A DNA stretch of 62,611 bases, filler included, from Choristocarpus tenellus KU-1152 (taxonomy: Eukaryota > Protista > Phaeophyceae): assembly GCA_964200185.2 (NCBI GenBank). It is 13 parts of 13 records of this genome, joined end to end, with 100 filler letters (N's around TTAATTAATTAA, not from the genome) between each part and the next. Parts side by side here need not be neighbours in the genome. Positions count along the whole stretch, not along the records: positions 1 to 3,748 come from CAXNAD020018174.1; positions 3,849 to 10,950 come from CAXNAD020006696.1; positions 11,051 to 15,373 come from CAXNAD020015117.1; 10 more parts are not named here. One strand, given 5' to 3'. The notes under the pieces are model-generated. The model did no database searches and was not told the origin of the DNA. It saw only the letters and a program-made list of their open reading frames with translations. The number at the start of each line of letters is the position of its first letter. The first letter of the stretch is position 1. Positions 1 through 12,538 of the stretch are shown one piece after another. Made by a program: the position numbers and the translations under genes.

Positions 1-856
1 GCATCAATGGGGGTAGCTCCAACTCCCCTTCCGCCTCCCCCTCCCCCACCACCAGTCTCAAGCAGCTCTGCTCCTGCCCAACGCTTTCCAGGGGCAATGC
101 CTCCACCACCACCACCCCCATTGCCTCCCTCTTCAGGGACAGCACGTGTTCCCCCGTCTATTCCCCCTCCACCGCCTCTTCCTATGGGAGGTCCTCCAGG
201 TCGGTGAGGTCTTTTTGATGTTTTATTCCGTTGCAAAAGTGTCACTATGCTGATTTTGTGCTTGTACCATGGCGATCTAGATTGAGTTATCACAAGAACT
301 TGATGCATTTGTGTGTGTGTGTGTGTATTTATATGTGAGTGTGAACAAAGCCAGTTCGGAAGAAATTATGTTGTCCTTTGAGTGATAAAGTGATGTGTTG
401 CTGTTGCTGGAATATCAGTTGTCAAGCCTTTACAGGAGGAAAGGAATCATGCTGTTTCTGGGAGGCTATCATACCGTTGAGAACCAATCACAACACACTT
501 GGCATCCATCTCTTGGCCATCCAGTGCACACTCACACATTATGTATTCCTCTGTTGCATCCACATTTACAGTCTTCCAAGAGAAGAGCCCAGAGTGGTTT
601 GTCTGCTCACATGCTAACTCGATCCTAATCAATGCGCATCTCCACACCACAACTGACCTCCCACCCCCACACACTCTCCACATACGCACTACACACAGGT
701 GTCCCACTGCCTCCACCACCCCCACCTCCATTTCCAATACCACCTTCACAGGGCCTCTCTGGTGTGCCACCGCCACCCCCACCACCTCCAACACACAATA
801 TCCCCCCCCACAATATCCCTCCCCCTCCACCACCTCCGCCCCCCCTCCCCCAATAG
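1..856 (+). CDS. 3' exons (<1..199, 699..856) of a proline-rich (FH1/WASP-like polyproline) protein
   Basis: Polyproline runs in both exons. Phase-1 GT donor at 200 and CAG acceptor at 696-698 (ACTGAC branch-like site ~652) join in frame (…GGPPG|VPLPPPP…LPQ*). TAG at 854-856. Confidence 0.75.
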
Positions 857-3703
857 CCTAGTCTGAACACAGAGGCCTGTCCTTGTTAAGCTGGGCGTAG
901 AATGTTGCATACATCATTGTAAAAGGTCGCGGAGTTGGAACCCTCCTTGTTGCAACTAGGTACAACTCCCTTGGGAGGATGTTATTTGGGAGTTGTTGGA
1001 TAGTGGATGGCACTCGGAAACCTTGGGCTCTTGACCCTTACATGTTTGCTGACTGACCTTGCTTGAATGCACAGATGTGTGCTGATGGCCGTGTTGGGAG
1101 TTTGGAAAGGGGGCGTTGAAGGGTGGGTGGGGTCGGGGGAGGGGGAGAGCTAAGGGTTAGGGTTGATCGATGTGTGTATTGGGGAGAGGAGTGTTGTAAG
1201 ATGCTCTCTAGGAAGTTGTGAAGTTTGACTCGAAAGGGGCTTCACTGGCAGGTGCGTACTGGTATTGTACTGCTGAGTGGTGCAGGGCCTTTAACAGTCA
1301 TGTGCACCATCTTGGAACTGATACTCCCTTACTTTTGTTTCCTGGTAAAACAAGTGATGAATGATGAGTGTCCTCAAAAGAGGAGTCCATGTATGTATGC
1401 AATAAGTGGTGGGGGGTGATGAAAGTTGGACTGCATGTTGCCAATCCCTGTCAGGAACAACACCTCTTGGTGACTATACAGAGATGAATAAGGGGAGACT
1501 TGTGCATGTTGGCTGTGCTGGTCAGCTTATGGTTGTGTATGCTTGTAGTATTTTCTGTGTATGTGAACACATTGAAGTGAGCTGGCTCTCCTGACTCTGA
1601 ACAGAACAATATTTGCCGTAATCGTAGTAAGCAGTAATGGGTCTAAAAATTTCAAAGTTTAGTAATTACTACTAGAAGATAATTTGAATATAACTTTTCT
1701 TGGTGTGCCAAATAAATCAGTTGATCTTGATAGGTTGATTTGATGGTTCATGGTGCTTGTCAGTGGTACCATTATTTCACTGTAGAAATTCGATTTTTTT
1801 TGTCACACATACATGAGCTGCCCTGCCTTTCTACCACAGGGCCTAGTTCATGCTGCGTTCCTTGAGAACAAAGACACCCAATTTTGTTGGGCCATTTCAA
1901 ATGTGATTCCAATATTGAATTGATCAATCACTTATTGTTATGAGCAGAATCATATCAACAAATTTCTTGGTTATTATTATCCTTAAGATGCATAATCGAA
2001 GATGGTGCAACCAATTGTTGGTAGGAGTCCTTTATGGGGGGGGGGAGCAGGAGGCGACATGACGTGGACACGCCTTAGGCTTAGGTCAGCTAGCAGGAAC
2101 GATAATATATTTGATTCTATTTTTTTCAAGATCCTTTACAGGTTGCCTCTTTCATCATGTACTCGAAAGGAATATCTCTAGATTTCATGTTACAGTTGTA
2201 AGTTCAGGACAAGGAGGAACAGGTCTGAGTTACACTAGAGGCACGCCTTTTCCTGGTATCAGAATCCAACTTACAAGTTTTGTTTGCAGGCTGTTCAACA
2301 GGTTGGGCAGACATTTCTCCATGAACCAAGTGCTTGGTTTATTTGTTCTTCTGGTTAGTATTTTCCCACCAGTAGTATCTATATCTGTGCGCTAAAATGT
2401 GTGATTAAGGTTGGTGGAATGGCTAAATCTAGGGAGTATTTGTCAAGGGTTATTTGTCAAGTAAGGTCTATATATCTATCTGGAGATTGGCAAAAAAAAA
2501 AAAATAGGCGAAAGGATTGAGGTAGAACAGGAGTGCTGAGGTGTGATGGCCAAATCGACAGGCCACCTGAGTTGAGCAAATGAACTATCAACTTGGATGC
2601 AAATGCCCATCATCGCACAGGAAAGGCTTGAAAGAGCTCGTGCCCTGCCATGCAAGGTGTCTGCTATCTCCACCCCTCTTGATTCGTCTCCTGTTTTCTC
2701 GCTGAAAAAAGTCCAGTCCTTCATTGCATGAAAAAAGTGAGCCCCATGGAACTATTACTTAATCTGAAATACACCCTCCACTGCCATCCACAAATCAATA
2801 CCAGGTACTTTGAAGCCACAAAGCTAAGATGTAATCTTTGATCATCACTTCACTTCCTCAGGCACAATAAATCGCTTTTCAATCACACTTACCATGTTCA
2901 ACATTCTACATACTCTGTACTTTGATCACCCTTCCATATAATAACAAAGACACATTGGTCACACACTGAATTGACCTCGATCTTGGCGGCAACAACTGCC
3001 ATAGTACACATTTCTTGATGGGCTAATTACCCCCAGGGTTAACAATACCAAGCCCAACTCCTCATTTCTTTGCATCATGCAATGAGTGCGATAATTCAGC
3101 CTGATGCCACTACAATATCATTCCATTCACATTGCGTTGTTGGTCTGCCCTCTACTGTCTCCCATCATAGCACAGCTAGCTGCCGCAGGACTCTACCACA
3201 ACACAAAGAAGTCAATCGGCCAAACCTGCCACCACCCAGGCTACCCCCTCCATACCTCTTAAACAACTCACTCCAAACACACTAAATGGCTGCTACTATT
3301 ACAGAAGAGCTGAAACAATAGCAGCTGTGTCTAACACTATTGCTGCACTCTATGGCAATACAAGCATGCCCTCTTGCAAGGACAGACAATTTATCACAAT
3401 GCATACAAAAAGCACACTAAACAAAATACAAAATAGGGCAAGTAGGAGCGCAAATATGGGCTCTGGCCCATCATCAGCCCATCATCAGCAACGATACAGA
3501 CAATCTGCCTCATCCCATCTAGATCACCCTGCCACTCACACAACATTCAAGGACAAGATGTATGACAAGATGCACCTGTGATTCTTAAGGGTCCAGGCAT
3601 GGTAGACCTATACCCCTACACCAACAAAAAAATCCTCGTGGGATACCACTCACTGTCACCTCCTTAACCCACACCCTTACCCTTGTCACCTAAGGAGGCG
3701 GTA

Positions 3704-3748
3704 GGGTCAAAGTATCTGGGGGGGGTAGTTTGTGAGGGGGCGTCCGTT
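3704..3748 (+). mobile_element. End of TIR element (GGGTCAAAGTATCTGGGGGG family), truncated by contig end
   Basis: Exact TIR motif followed by GTTTGTGAGGGGGCGTCCGTT, which is also seen at 37338-37490 and 55790-55840. Confidence 0.75.
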
Positions 3749-3848
3749 NNNNNNNNNNNNNNNNNNNNNNNNNNNNNNNNNNNNNNNNNNNNTTAATTAA
3801 TTAANNNNNNNNNNNNNNNNNNNNNNNNNNNNNNNNNNNNNNNNNNNN
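3749..3848. other. Artificial contig-concatenation spacer, one of 12 (others: 10951-11050, 15374-15473, 20239-20338, 23159-23258, 33567-33666, 37238-37337, 41010-41109, 44624-44723, 50357-50456, 53796-53895, 59448-59547)
   Basis: Identical 44N-TTAATTAATTAA-44N blocks; the 12-mer gives stop codons in all six frames. Confidence 0.97.
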
Positions 3849-6800
3849 GGGGTTGGCCGTGGTGGCTGGTAATTCGTGTGTCAGAGGGCGTAGCTTGTGG
3901 GATGAACTATCTTCACAGTCATCATCCACCTATTCTACACCGAGATCTGAAGAGTGCTAACCTTCTGCTGGATGACAGCTTCAATGTCAAGATCTGTGAC
4001 TTCGGTCTTGCCAGGTGCAGTGGGAACACACTATTGATATTTTTTTATTGTTACTTACACTATTTAATGCAGTAGAGTAGTGTGTATCATACACTTACGA
4101 GATCTCCTTTGAAGTGAGATTTTTCTTTTAGTTGAGGTTGAAGTATCTGTGTTAGGGTGAAGGTGATACCTTTGTAGCTGCTTGCCATGCACTATGCCGT
4201 GCCTTAAGCGATGACCTGTTACTTCCCAATGTGTCAGTGTAATGTATCCATGATGTGATGCTAGACATCTCAGACAAGTAAAGTTTTATGGCAATAGTAG
4301 TTGTAGTGGCAGTAGTATATGCTTTGTCTTTTTCAATTTTTAGCACTTTTACTCTAGAGTGGTGAAGTTTCTATTTTTTGGTTATAAGGTAGTATTTGAT
4401 CATTTATATATCAGCACCAATCTATTGTTTATTCTCTCCTGCCCATATCATTTAACTATATAGGCTCAAGGCTTTGACCAACTCCATGACGGGAAACTGT
4501 GGCACGGTTCAGTGGATGGCACCTGAGGTTCTGGCTAACCAGAAATACTCAGAGACTGCTGATGTGTACAGCTTTGGCATTGTGTGTTGGGAGCTTCTGT
4601 CCAGGGTGTGCCCCTATGAGGGTATGAGTCAAATTCAGGTGCCTTGGTGTGCTCCTTATGGACATCTCTTAGAGAGTGTCGATTTGTGTGCATCCTGTGT
4701 ATCCCTCCACAGATAGGAAGTTTAGTTATGACCTAAAATCATCTTCCTTATGATACGCGATAATATCAGTTTGTTGTGCAATGCTGCTGTTAAGGACACT
4801 TCTTGCAGTGTGCTATGGGCCATAATTGTTTTATGCAAGATACTTTACAACATAGGTATGCTGGGGACTTTCTGTTATTAGGAATTGTCCAAGCTCCTGG
4901 AAGAGTTGACTAGCCACCTTTTGACTGATAGCATGTGAAGTAGTGTTGACCTAACCCTATACCTAACCCTCTCCCAATGAGGTCATCTGTACATACCTAG
5001 CATCTGACAATAAGTCAGTTATTAGTCGGAGGTGATTGTGTTCCCTTTTGATTGGGTCTCTATTTTCAACTATTGATTAAAAAATATAATACCTAGCACA
5101 GTTGTTGGATGGAGTATCACAATTTAATGTGTTTCACACCAATCTCACATTGATAGAAAATTTTATTGGGCATTGGTGTTACATTGTCTCTCTGCACCTC
5201 AACATTAAAATGTTCCACACCTTTCCCATACCGTCAGTATTGATAACACTCATAGTTCTAATGATAACAAATATCTACATTAGAGCGTCAGGTGTTGTTC
5301 ACCCTGAGATAATCATAGTTACACTTGAGAGGTGAGAGTATCACTGCCAACTGTGACAGTCTGTAAGACCAACTAACTTGTAAAGTGTTTTTTTTTATGG
5401 AACAGAAGCCCCAAGGATAAGTTTTCATGGTAACGATTGGCGTTGTGAGGCAATTGTAGTGAGTGCCTTTTGGGGCCCTTTCTTTAGCATTGAATATAAT
5501 GTGGGATAAGGGATGATTATTGTATGTGTTATTTTGTAGGAATCCCCTCTCCTGCATCTTACATCTCATTAAAATATCACTAAAGTTTTCTTTTTGTATA
5601 ATAGGAGAGTACATTTATCTTTTAGTGTAGCATTGTTTTTCTTTTTCTTCTCTTAAGCCCAAGTAAACCCCATGGAGAACTATTTGACCACAGATCATGG
5701 TGGTAACTTACACCTGAAGTTGTCGTCTTGTCTTTTGTTCGGGTTTGTCTTCCATGTTTCCACCTTTCTTCACCCTTAGGTGGCAGTGGCAGTCCTTAAT
5801 TCTGGTCTGAGGCCCATCATCCCTGACTGGTGTCCTCCTTTCTTCAGGAACCTTATTGAGGTGAGGAGTTGGAAGTGCTGCTTGCCTATATCTGGGAAAA
5901 TGAATCGAGCACCATTTTATCCACAACAAATTGTGGATGATGTGACTGCATACACCATAAAACAGCATTCAAAATGGAACTAGTTTCAGATTGTGCATGA
6001 AAGCACAATCGATATACTCTTATCAGTTCCACTGTGTATTATATTGATATGGTGTATGCCCTAACCCTACTATGTCCAGTAGTACATGATAACCTTCACG
6101 GTACAGATAAGGGTGTTTTTAAGGATCATATCAAAAAGTCTTACGTAAAATACCTTCTCATCACTCAGGCACTTGTGACAGATTGATTCGTAGTATTTTT
6201 TTTAGTCAGTGCCTTAAGCCAATGTAGTGTATCATTACTAGGGTACTTGGCATACCTCATGTAGAGGAGTGTGCCTGCCCCCTTGCTTTGAGACATGCAG
6301 TGTGTGAGGTCTTTGGTCTTTTCTCGTGCTTACCTTCTTGCCCACATAGTTTTTGTTTAGAGGGACATACTTGGAGGATTCTTCAAGTGACAGATTGTTA
6401 ACACCCTCCAAAACAGTAGATGAGCTTCAAAGTGGGACTATGCATGCACATTACTGAAACCCAATAGATTTGCATTGTAGGGTGATTTCTCGGTTTGTGA
6501 AATAATTCTGAAATAATCCCTTGACTATCATTTTAACCCTGGAATAGTGTGCATGACTGCCACAACAGTAAATATTGCAATGATGGGTTTATTACTGTAT
6601 GAAACAAACTCTGCCCTCTACTCTTCCTTGTTGAGGTTGACCGATGAAACGTGTCCCTGTATAGATTGTACTCCCTTTGTCGTGTTCTCTGTACATCGTC
6701 TGTGGTGGACAGGATGGATTGTGGGAATGAACAGATCTTGCCCAACCCCTTTTTTGCAAGAAATCCAACAGTAACCATCTCAAATGGCATTTCATTCCTC

Positions 6801-7317
6801 CTGCAGAAGAACGTTTTTCATTTAGAATAGAATACTTCCCGTAGATAAGCAATGGTGCCAATGTGCGTATGATATTAGAGAAACTTCTCACTTTTTGAAG
6901 TGGTGTTGAGTTTAAGATTCTCTGTCAACGCATGTGGATATTTTCCATTGACTTACTCGTGAACCATGTTTGTGGAGAGGTAGAGCTTGCTTGCTCCTAA
7001 ACACAGACTCAAATTGACAAGCAGAGGTTAGTAGTAGGAATCGGAATAATAGTTGTAGATATTTGCAGCTGTTTTTACAGTGAAGTCTCAGTGCATATTT
7101 GAATCACCAGGATGAAGTATAACCCCAAAATAGACATCCGTAACTCCTTACGCGCTAGTGTTGCCCCTCCGACATTTGCAGTTGCATTCATCTCTACCTC
7201 CAAAACAACCCACAGGTGAGCTGGCAGCAGGACCCCACACTTCGACCTTCATTTCACCAAGTGCTGGAGAATATCAGGCAGCAAGTCATACTTCCAACTA
7301 AGCCAATAGTGGATTGA
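3849..7317 (+). CDS. TKL-group (Raf/MAPKKK/CTR1-like) Ser/Thr protein kinase, C-terminal exons <3849..4014, 4464..4638, 5780..5860, 7216..7317
   Basis: Motifs [49 protein letters not shown] and [11 protein letters not shown]. All introns are GT-AG and phase-consistent. TGA at 7315-7317. Confidence 0.95.
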
Positions 7318-8764
7318 TTCTTCCAACATTGTTTCGTGTGTTTTGTATAGTTAGCTTTATGTATTGTGGTGTTGTGAAATCACCAAATTTGTTTTGTTTC
7401 TACCTTTTTTGAGGTCAAAGGAGTACAAGATGTTGTGGGACAAATGCATCCAATTTTCTTAATTGCCGCTTACTCTTCGTAAGATCCTGTTTCATTTAAA
7501 TCGAGAGGCATCAACCCCTCAGAAATATATACCCTGATCTTGTGCGACTTGTACTGTGTGGCCAATGGGAATGCAGCCTTTCAAAGGAAGAGCATATCGG
7601 GTAGAGGATGAGAGGATGCCATCAACAGAAGCAAAGCGGATGAATATTTTGGTGGTGGTGGGAGCTGAGAATTTTAGATAGGTGTATGTACCTGGCTTAT
7701 TGGCCTTTAATATCCCCGTATCGATAGAAGTGTAACTGTTGGTATGGTTAATGGGTATGTGGTTGTTGGACAGGCATTGATTGTGTCTCATTGGTCCATT
7801 TCCCTCACTCCTGGGTCCCAGGAAGGTGTCACTGTGTATGTAGACAGGTTGAATGCTTCAATCATACGAGGCTCAGAGCCAAAGTCAAAGAGAGTTACCC
7901 AAGTTTTGGGCATTTTTTATTTAAAGCAGCTTTTCAATATTTTGCCATTCAACCGTATTTCTGTGGATGAAATGGTAAGTTAGACTTGAGAGCGTTGAAT
8001 TCTCTGTTGTTTGATAAATTTCGTCACAATTCAGAAAATATCCTACACACATTTGTAAAGAGAGACGTATTTGTACATGTTTGTCAGCATTCTGAATAAG
8101 CAACTCTGGGTATCTTTCCTTCTCTCTGACGTAGTGGAGCTTCTACTAATCCCGCCACTACAAAGCAAAGCGAAGCACCGATTAATTTTTTTCATACTTG
8201 GTCCATTTCACCAATATGTAAAGCACCTATCTTCCACAATCATTTACAAATAGAACAAGTTTTCATTTTTGCAGCACGATTCTTAGGTGTGGGATTGTGG
8301 AGAGATCCAAACGAAACTTGTGTATAATATGGTGTTCGCCTACGTAAATTCCTTACTGGTTCTGTAAGTACTAAGACCGCAGCACACATGAGAATCCCTT
8401 TCAATGATTCAAAAATGGGTAGAGGGTTAAGGGTCTGAAAATACCTAAATCACTGTAGCTTCCACCTTCGGGAATATCGGTATTTCTTACTTTTCTGGTT
8501 GAGTCACAGTGCCCTGGTGTTAAGTTAGTAGCATTAGTGGTACAGGTGGTTACAGGAGTCTTACTTGCTCGACGTTGGTATCTCCTCCTGTCCTTCATAA
8601 CAAACTTTCCTTGAGATAAAGCTCGACCAATGATTCGTTGTCTCATATTAGATTTCTAGACTGCAATGTACTGTTCATCATTGCAGTCAACATTCGCCCT
8701 CTACAACTACACAAAATTGACCAGTTAATCGGCAACACCCACATAATGCATGGTGTTGTGTCAT

Positions 8765-9020
8765 GAGCGAAAATACTCAAGAGGGTTTGAGTTTTGCCCT
8801 GATTGTCCGTTTGAGTCTTGGCTTCCCATGGGTTTCTTATGACATTTTTGTGCACCAAAGTGTTTCAGAGTTGGTAAAATGTGTACGTTATGAAAAGTTG
8901 TGTACAGAAGAAGGATATTGACACTTCCTAAAAAAACACGATAGCCAAGAAATACATCAAAATTGGATTTTGGTTTCCAAACGAACCCGGCTCTACCCTC
9001 TAAGTAAGTCACTTTGACTC
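8765..9020 (-). mobile_element. Non-autonomous TIR element (GAG-terminus subfamily), homologous to 43162-43406 and 54988-55252
   Basis: Terminus GAGTCAAAGT…CTTAGAGGGTA on the minus strand. Internal similarity to 43230-43400. Flanks are TCAT/TCCT (near 4-bp TSD). Confidence 0.65.
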
Positions 9021-9889
9021 TCCTAGGAGCAAGTTCTGCACAGTATAGGAAGAATTTTTCTCTCAACAAAAAATGGGATCAAAACTTTTAGGTGGTGTTG
9101 GGGATGCTATGTGAAAAACATTGGGCCAACGGAGAAAAATGAACTACAAGGAATGGTAAACAAATCACCCCAAATTTGGATTTCACAATTTTAGCTTTCA
9201 ATGTTTGCGTCATTCTTCGGCGTGTTGAGAAAACTCAAAATCTGAGGCGACCGTGAAAAGAAGAGATAGGGAGCGATAACAGTGTGCCTGGAACGTTGGC
9301 GAAACATGGGGACCAGAAAAACTAAAACTAGAACAAAAATGAAATCCCGAAAATTTGGGTCAAAGCTGAGATTTTTCCTATTATTTGGAGAAAAATCTGA
9401 CCCTGAAGGGGGAAAGACAAAATCTTTGCGGTTCCGTTTCTTACTCTCTGCACTTCCAAATACTTCACCAACATTCCATACACACACACATTGTTACCAC
9501 TTCCCATCTCTCAATTTCATCATGGCGATAGATTTGGGGATTTCTCTTCACACTTAAAAATGACACAATATTTGAAGGGAAAAACGTGAAAACGAAATTT
9601 GGGGAGTTTTTAATACTATTTCTCGATTTTCTCGATTGTTCCATGTTCTATACAACTTTCCAAACAGCATCGAAAAATATGACCAGGAAAAAAAATGTGA
9701 AGAAACTTTTTCTGTGTACTCGTATCTTCTTCCTATCTATGCTGAACTTGTACCACCTGTGGAACAACAATGCCACTCACTAATGCACCAACACTGACCG
9801 TGGAATAATCGTGGCTGATGCAACCCAATTAGGTTAGGGGAAATGGGAAGTGATGGATCTAGATAATCTTTCGGATGGGATCCTGAAAG

Positions 9890-10045
9890 AAAATCGACTG
9901 AAAGGAGGACAAGACCATCCTTCAGAGGTTCACCAAAAATAAGTGTGTTGGCTGTGTTGGACATGGAAGATGTTCCGGAGGTTGGAAAGATGCAGTGATC
10001 ACCGTGCTTCACAAGAAGGACTGGACAGATTATGGTAACGGCACA
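9890..10045 (+). mobile_element. Short RTE-like LINE RT fragment
   Basis: Degenerate W..EDVP..WKDAVITVLHKKD..DYGN, similar to 28330-28400. Confidence 0.5.
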
Positions 10046-11061
10046 TAGAGACTGCAGCAGTGAGGACTGCTCAATTGCGCTTTCCGTCTGCCAGGATCGA
10101 TCCCTATACCCAGGCAGTTCGCCCTCTGAATGCTCAGTGTGTAGTTGTTGCACTGCACATGTGTACGTAGCATGTGGCATGCAGAAATACTTCGATGTAC
10201 TTGCTCCTACACACGCAACCACACAAAATACAGAAACATTGGTTGTTGGCACTTTAATAGACCCACCTGTTGCCTGCAATACCATAACTCCCCTCAACAA
10301 CTAAAGGCAACGTATTTGTTTTGCAAAAAGATTATGCTGTGTGCGTGAGTGAGAGAGACCGCAAGAGAGAGTGTGTGCGTATGCTCCCTGGGCAATAGCA
10401 CGTGATTCACAGACTTTCCGCTCCCTGCCATCATCTGTGAGGTCGGTAGTCAAGTCTCTCACTTCGTGCTATCAATACAAGTTCAGGAGAAGGCCCCAAC
10501 ATTAACAAGGAAGGTCCCGTATGGTCTCCTTACACAACAGTTTGATCATTACCGTCCCTTAAGGACATCTATTTCCCAACCAAGCACACACATTCTGTTT
10601 TAGGCTGAAATCATTTAAGGGGAAAAGGAGACATCACTGTTGCTCCTATATTCATGGAGTAATGATATACCGTGGACCTGAAGTAATATCCGTCTCTAAG
10701 CCTTCCTTCTGCACATGAGATTTCAGTCAGTGTTGTATTTCCATGGTGTGGAAAGACGACCTGTAAGGAGAAGAGAACTATGATCAGCAAAAATTAGAGC
10801 ACTGTAGCTTTTGTATCAGGATATGCGTCATATAGTTTGGAAATATAAGGTGTGTGTGCGATTTGTATTATGCAAAAGAGAACTCTTCCAAAAGAGTCTT
10901 TGCTTTAAGTTGTAAAGATATATTTATTAGCGGAGTGAGCACAGCCCTTGNNNNNNNNNNNNNNNNNNNNNNNNNNNNNNNNNNNNNNNNNNNNTTAATT
11001 AATTAANNNNNNNNNNNNNNNNNNNNNNNNNNNNNNNNNNNNNNNNNNNNCCCCCCAATAG

Positions 11062-12538
11062 ATCCTTGCGAAAATGGATGGCCTGGTCAACCTCGAGAAT
11101 GTCCTAGTGGTGGGCATGACCAACAGGAAAGAACTCCTGGATGAAGCTCTCCTTCGCCCTGGCCGTATGGAGGTGTGAAGTGAAGACCCTGTGTGGGACA
11201 TAGCTTTTCACCCCTGCCTTCCCCAAGACATGCACTATTTTCCTTTGATGCTTCCTACCCCTGCCAAGTGTGTCATCTGACCGACCGGAACTGGCTCTCC
11301 TTGTCTTGCGAATCGAAAGTTTTTATTGGTGTTAAAAAAAAAAATGGATCGGCTCAATGGGCGCTAGTTAGTGTACGTACTCCATCTGAGTGAAAGGCGT
11401 GTGTGGGGCAGATGGAGCAAGGCTCGTGGAGTTGCAGAGTGGTGTGAGGCGTTATGAGGATGTTTTTTTGCGGAGCACGTATTGCAATCATTGCCTCGAG
11501 AAGATGACCAACCAGTTGAATCGTTTGTACCATTTGTAATGCTGTATTGGGTGAGCTGTAGTGACTCTTTGGTGGTGGTCAGTTACAACTTCGCCCCTTA
11601 GGAGATTTTCTGAAGGACCTTTGAGCGACTTGTCTATTGCGGCGATTGCCAGTCAGACGGTGGCCTTGGTAACTTTGCCACATACTGACATGGTGAGACA
11701 CATCAAGGCTTGCCCACCATCATTGTGTTCCTCATGATGAGTATCCTTCGTTGCCTATAGATCCCCTGTGTGCACCTAGAGCTAGTTTGATCCAATCCTT
11801 AACCCCGATCTACAATCTGCCCTTGACCTCAATGAGTCTACACAGTGATTTGGGGGAAGGTTATCTTTTCACATCTGCCAGCCTGCCCGCCTGCCCGCCT
11901 GCCTCAACACATAACTTGAGGTGCACATGCTGAATTAGCTCTTCTGTTGTGTATCGATGACAAAGTTGAGAGACAGTTCGAGGTAGTATGCGCCTTAGTT
12001 GTACGTACTTCATTCACTCCCAATCACACCTCACCTTTTGCCCCTCCGACACCCCCAGGTATGCATGCATGTTCCCCTCCCAGACCTCGAAGGCCGCGAC
12101 CAAATCCTAGGTATTCATCTAAGGAGTGCCCGAGCAGGGGGAATGGTATGTCCAACTGTAGCAGACGCAACCCTGGCAGAACGGACAGAGGGGTTCAGTG
12201 GCGCTGATCTGGCTGGGCTGGTCCGGTCCGCTGCCAGTTTTGCCATCTCTGACTGGAAGTCACAGGAGGGGGTGAGAGCAAGTGCGCAAGTGGTTGGGAA
12301 GGGACAACTGGATGGGATTGAACAGGAGGCGAATTTGGAATTGGGGGGTGGGGGCAATGCAGGCGAGGGCAAGGATAGGGAATTGTCAGCACTTTTGATC
12401 ACTGTGGAGCACTTTGAACGGGCCTTGAGGGAAGTGAGTCCTAGTGTCAAAGGGGGTAAGGGGTGGGGGCTAGCGAGAGGGTCCTGGGGAGGGAGGGTTT
12501 TGAGGGCTGTGAAGGGACGGAGAGGTGTCAGAGTATAA
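11062..12538 (+). CDS. NSF/Sec18-like (CDC48-clade) AAA+ ATPase, last two exons 11062..11172 and 12059..12538
   Basis: [37 protein letters not shown] (SRH/Arg finger) is spliced in phase 0 to [20 protein letters not shown]…[20 protein letters not shown]…[12 protein letters not shown] at 12536-12538. Confidence 0.9.
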
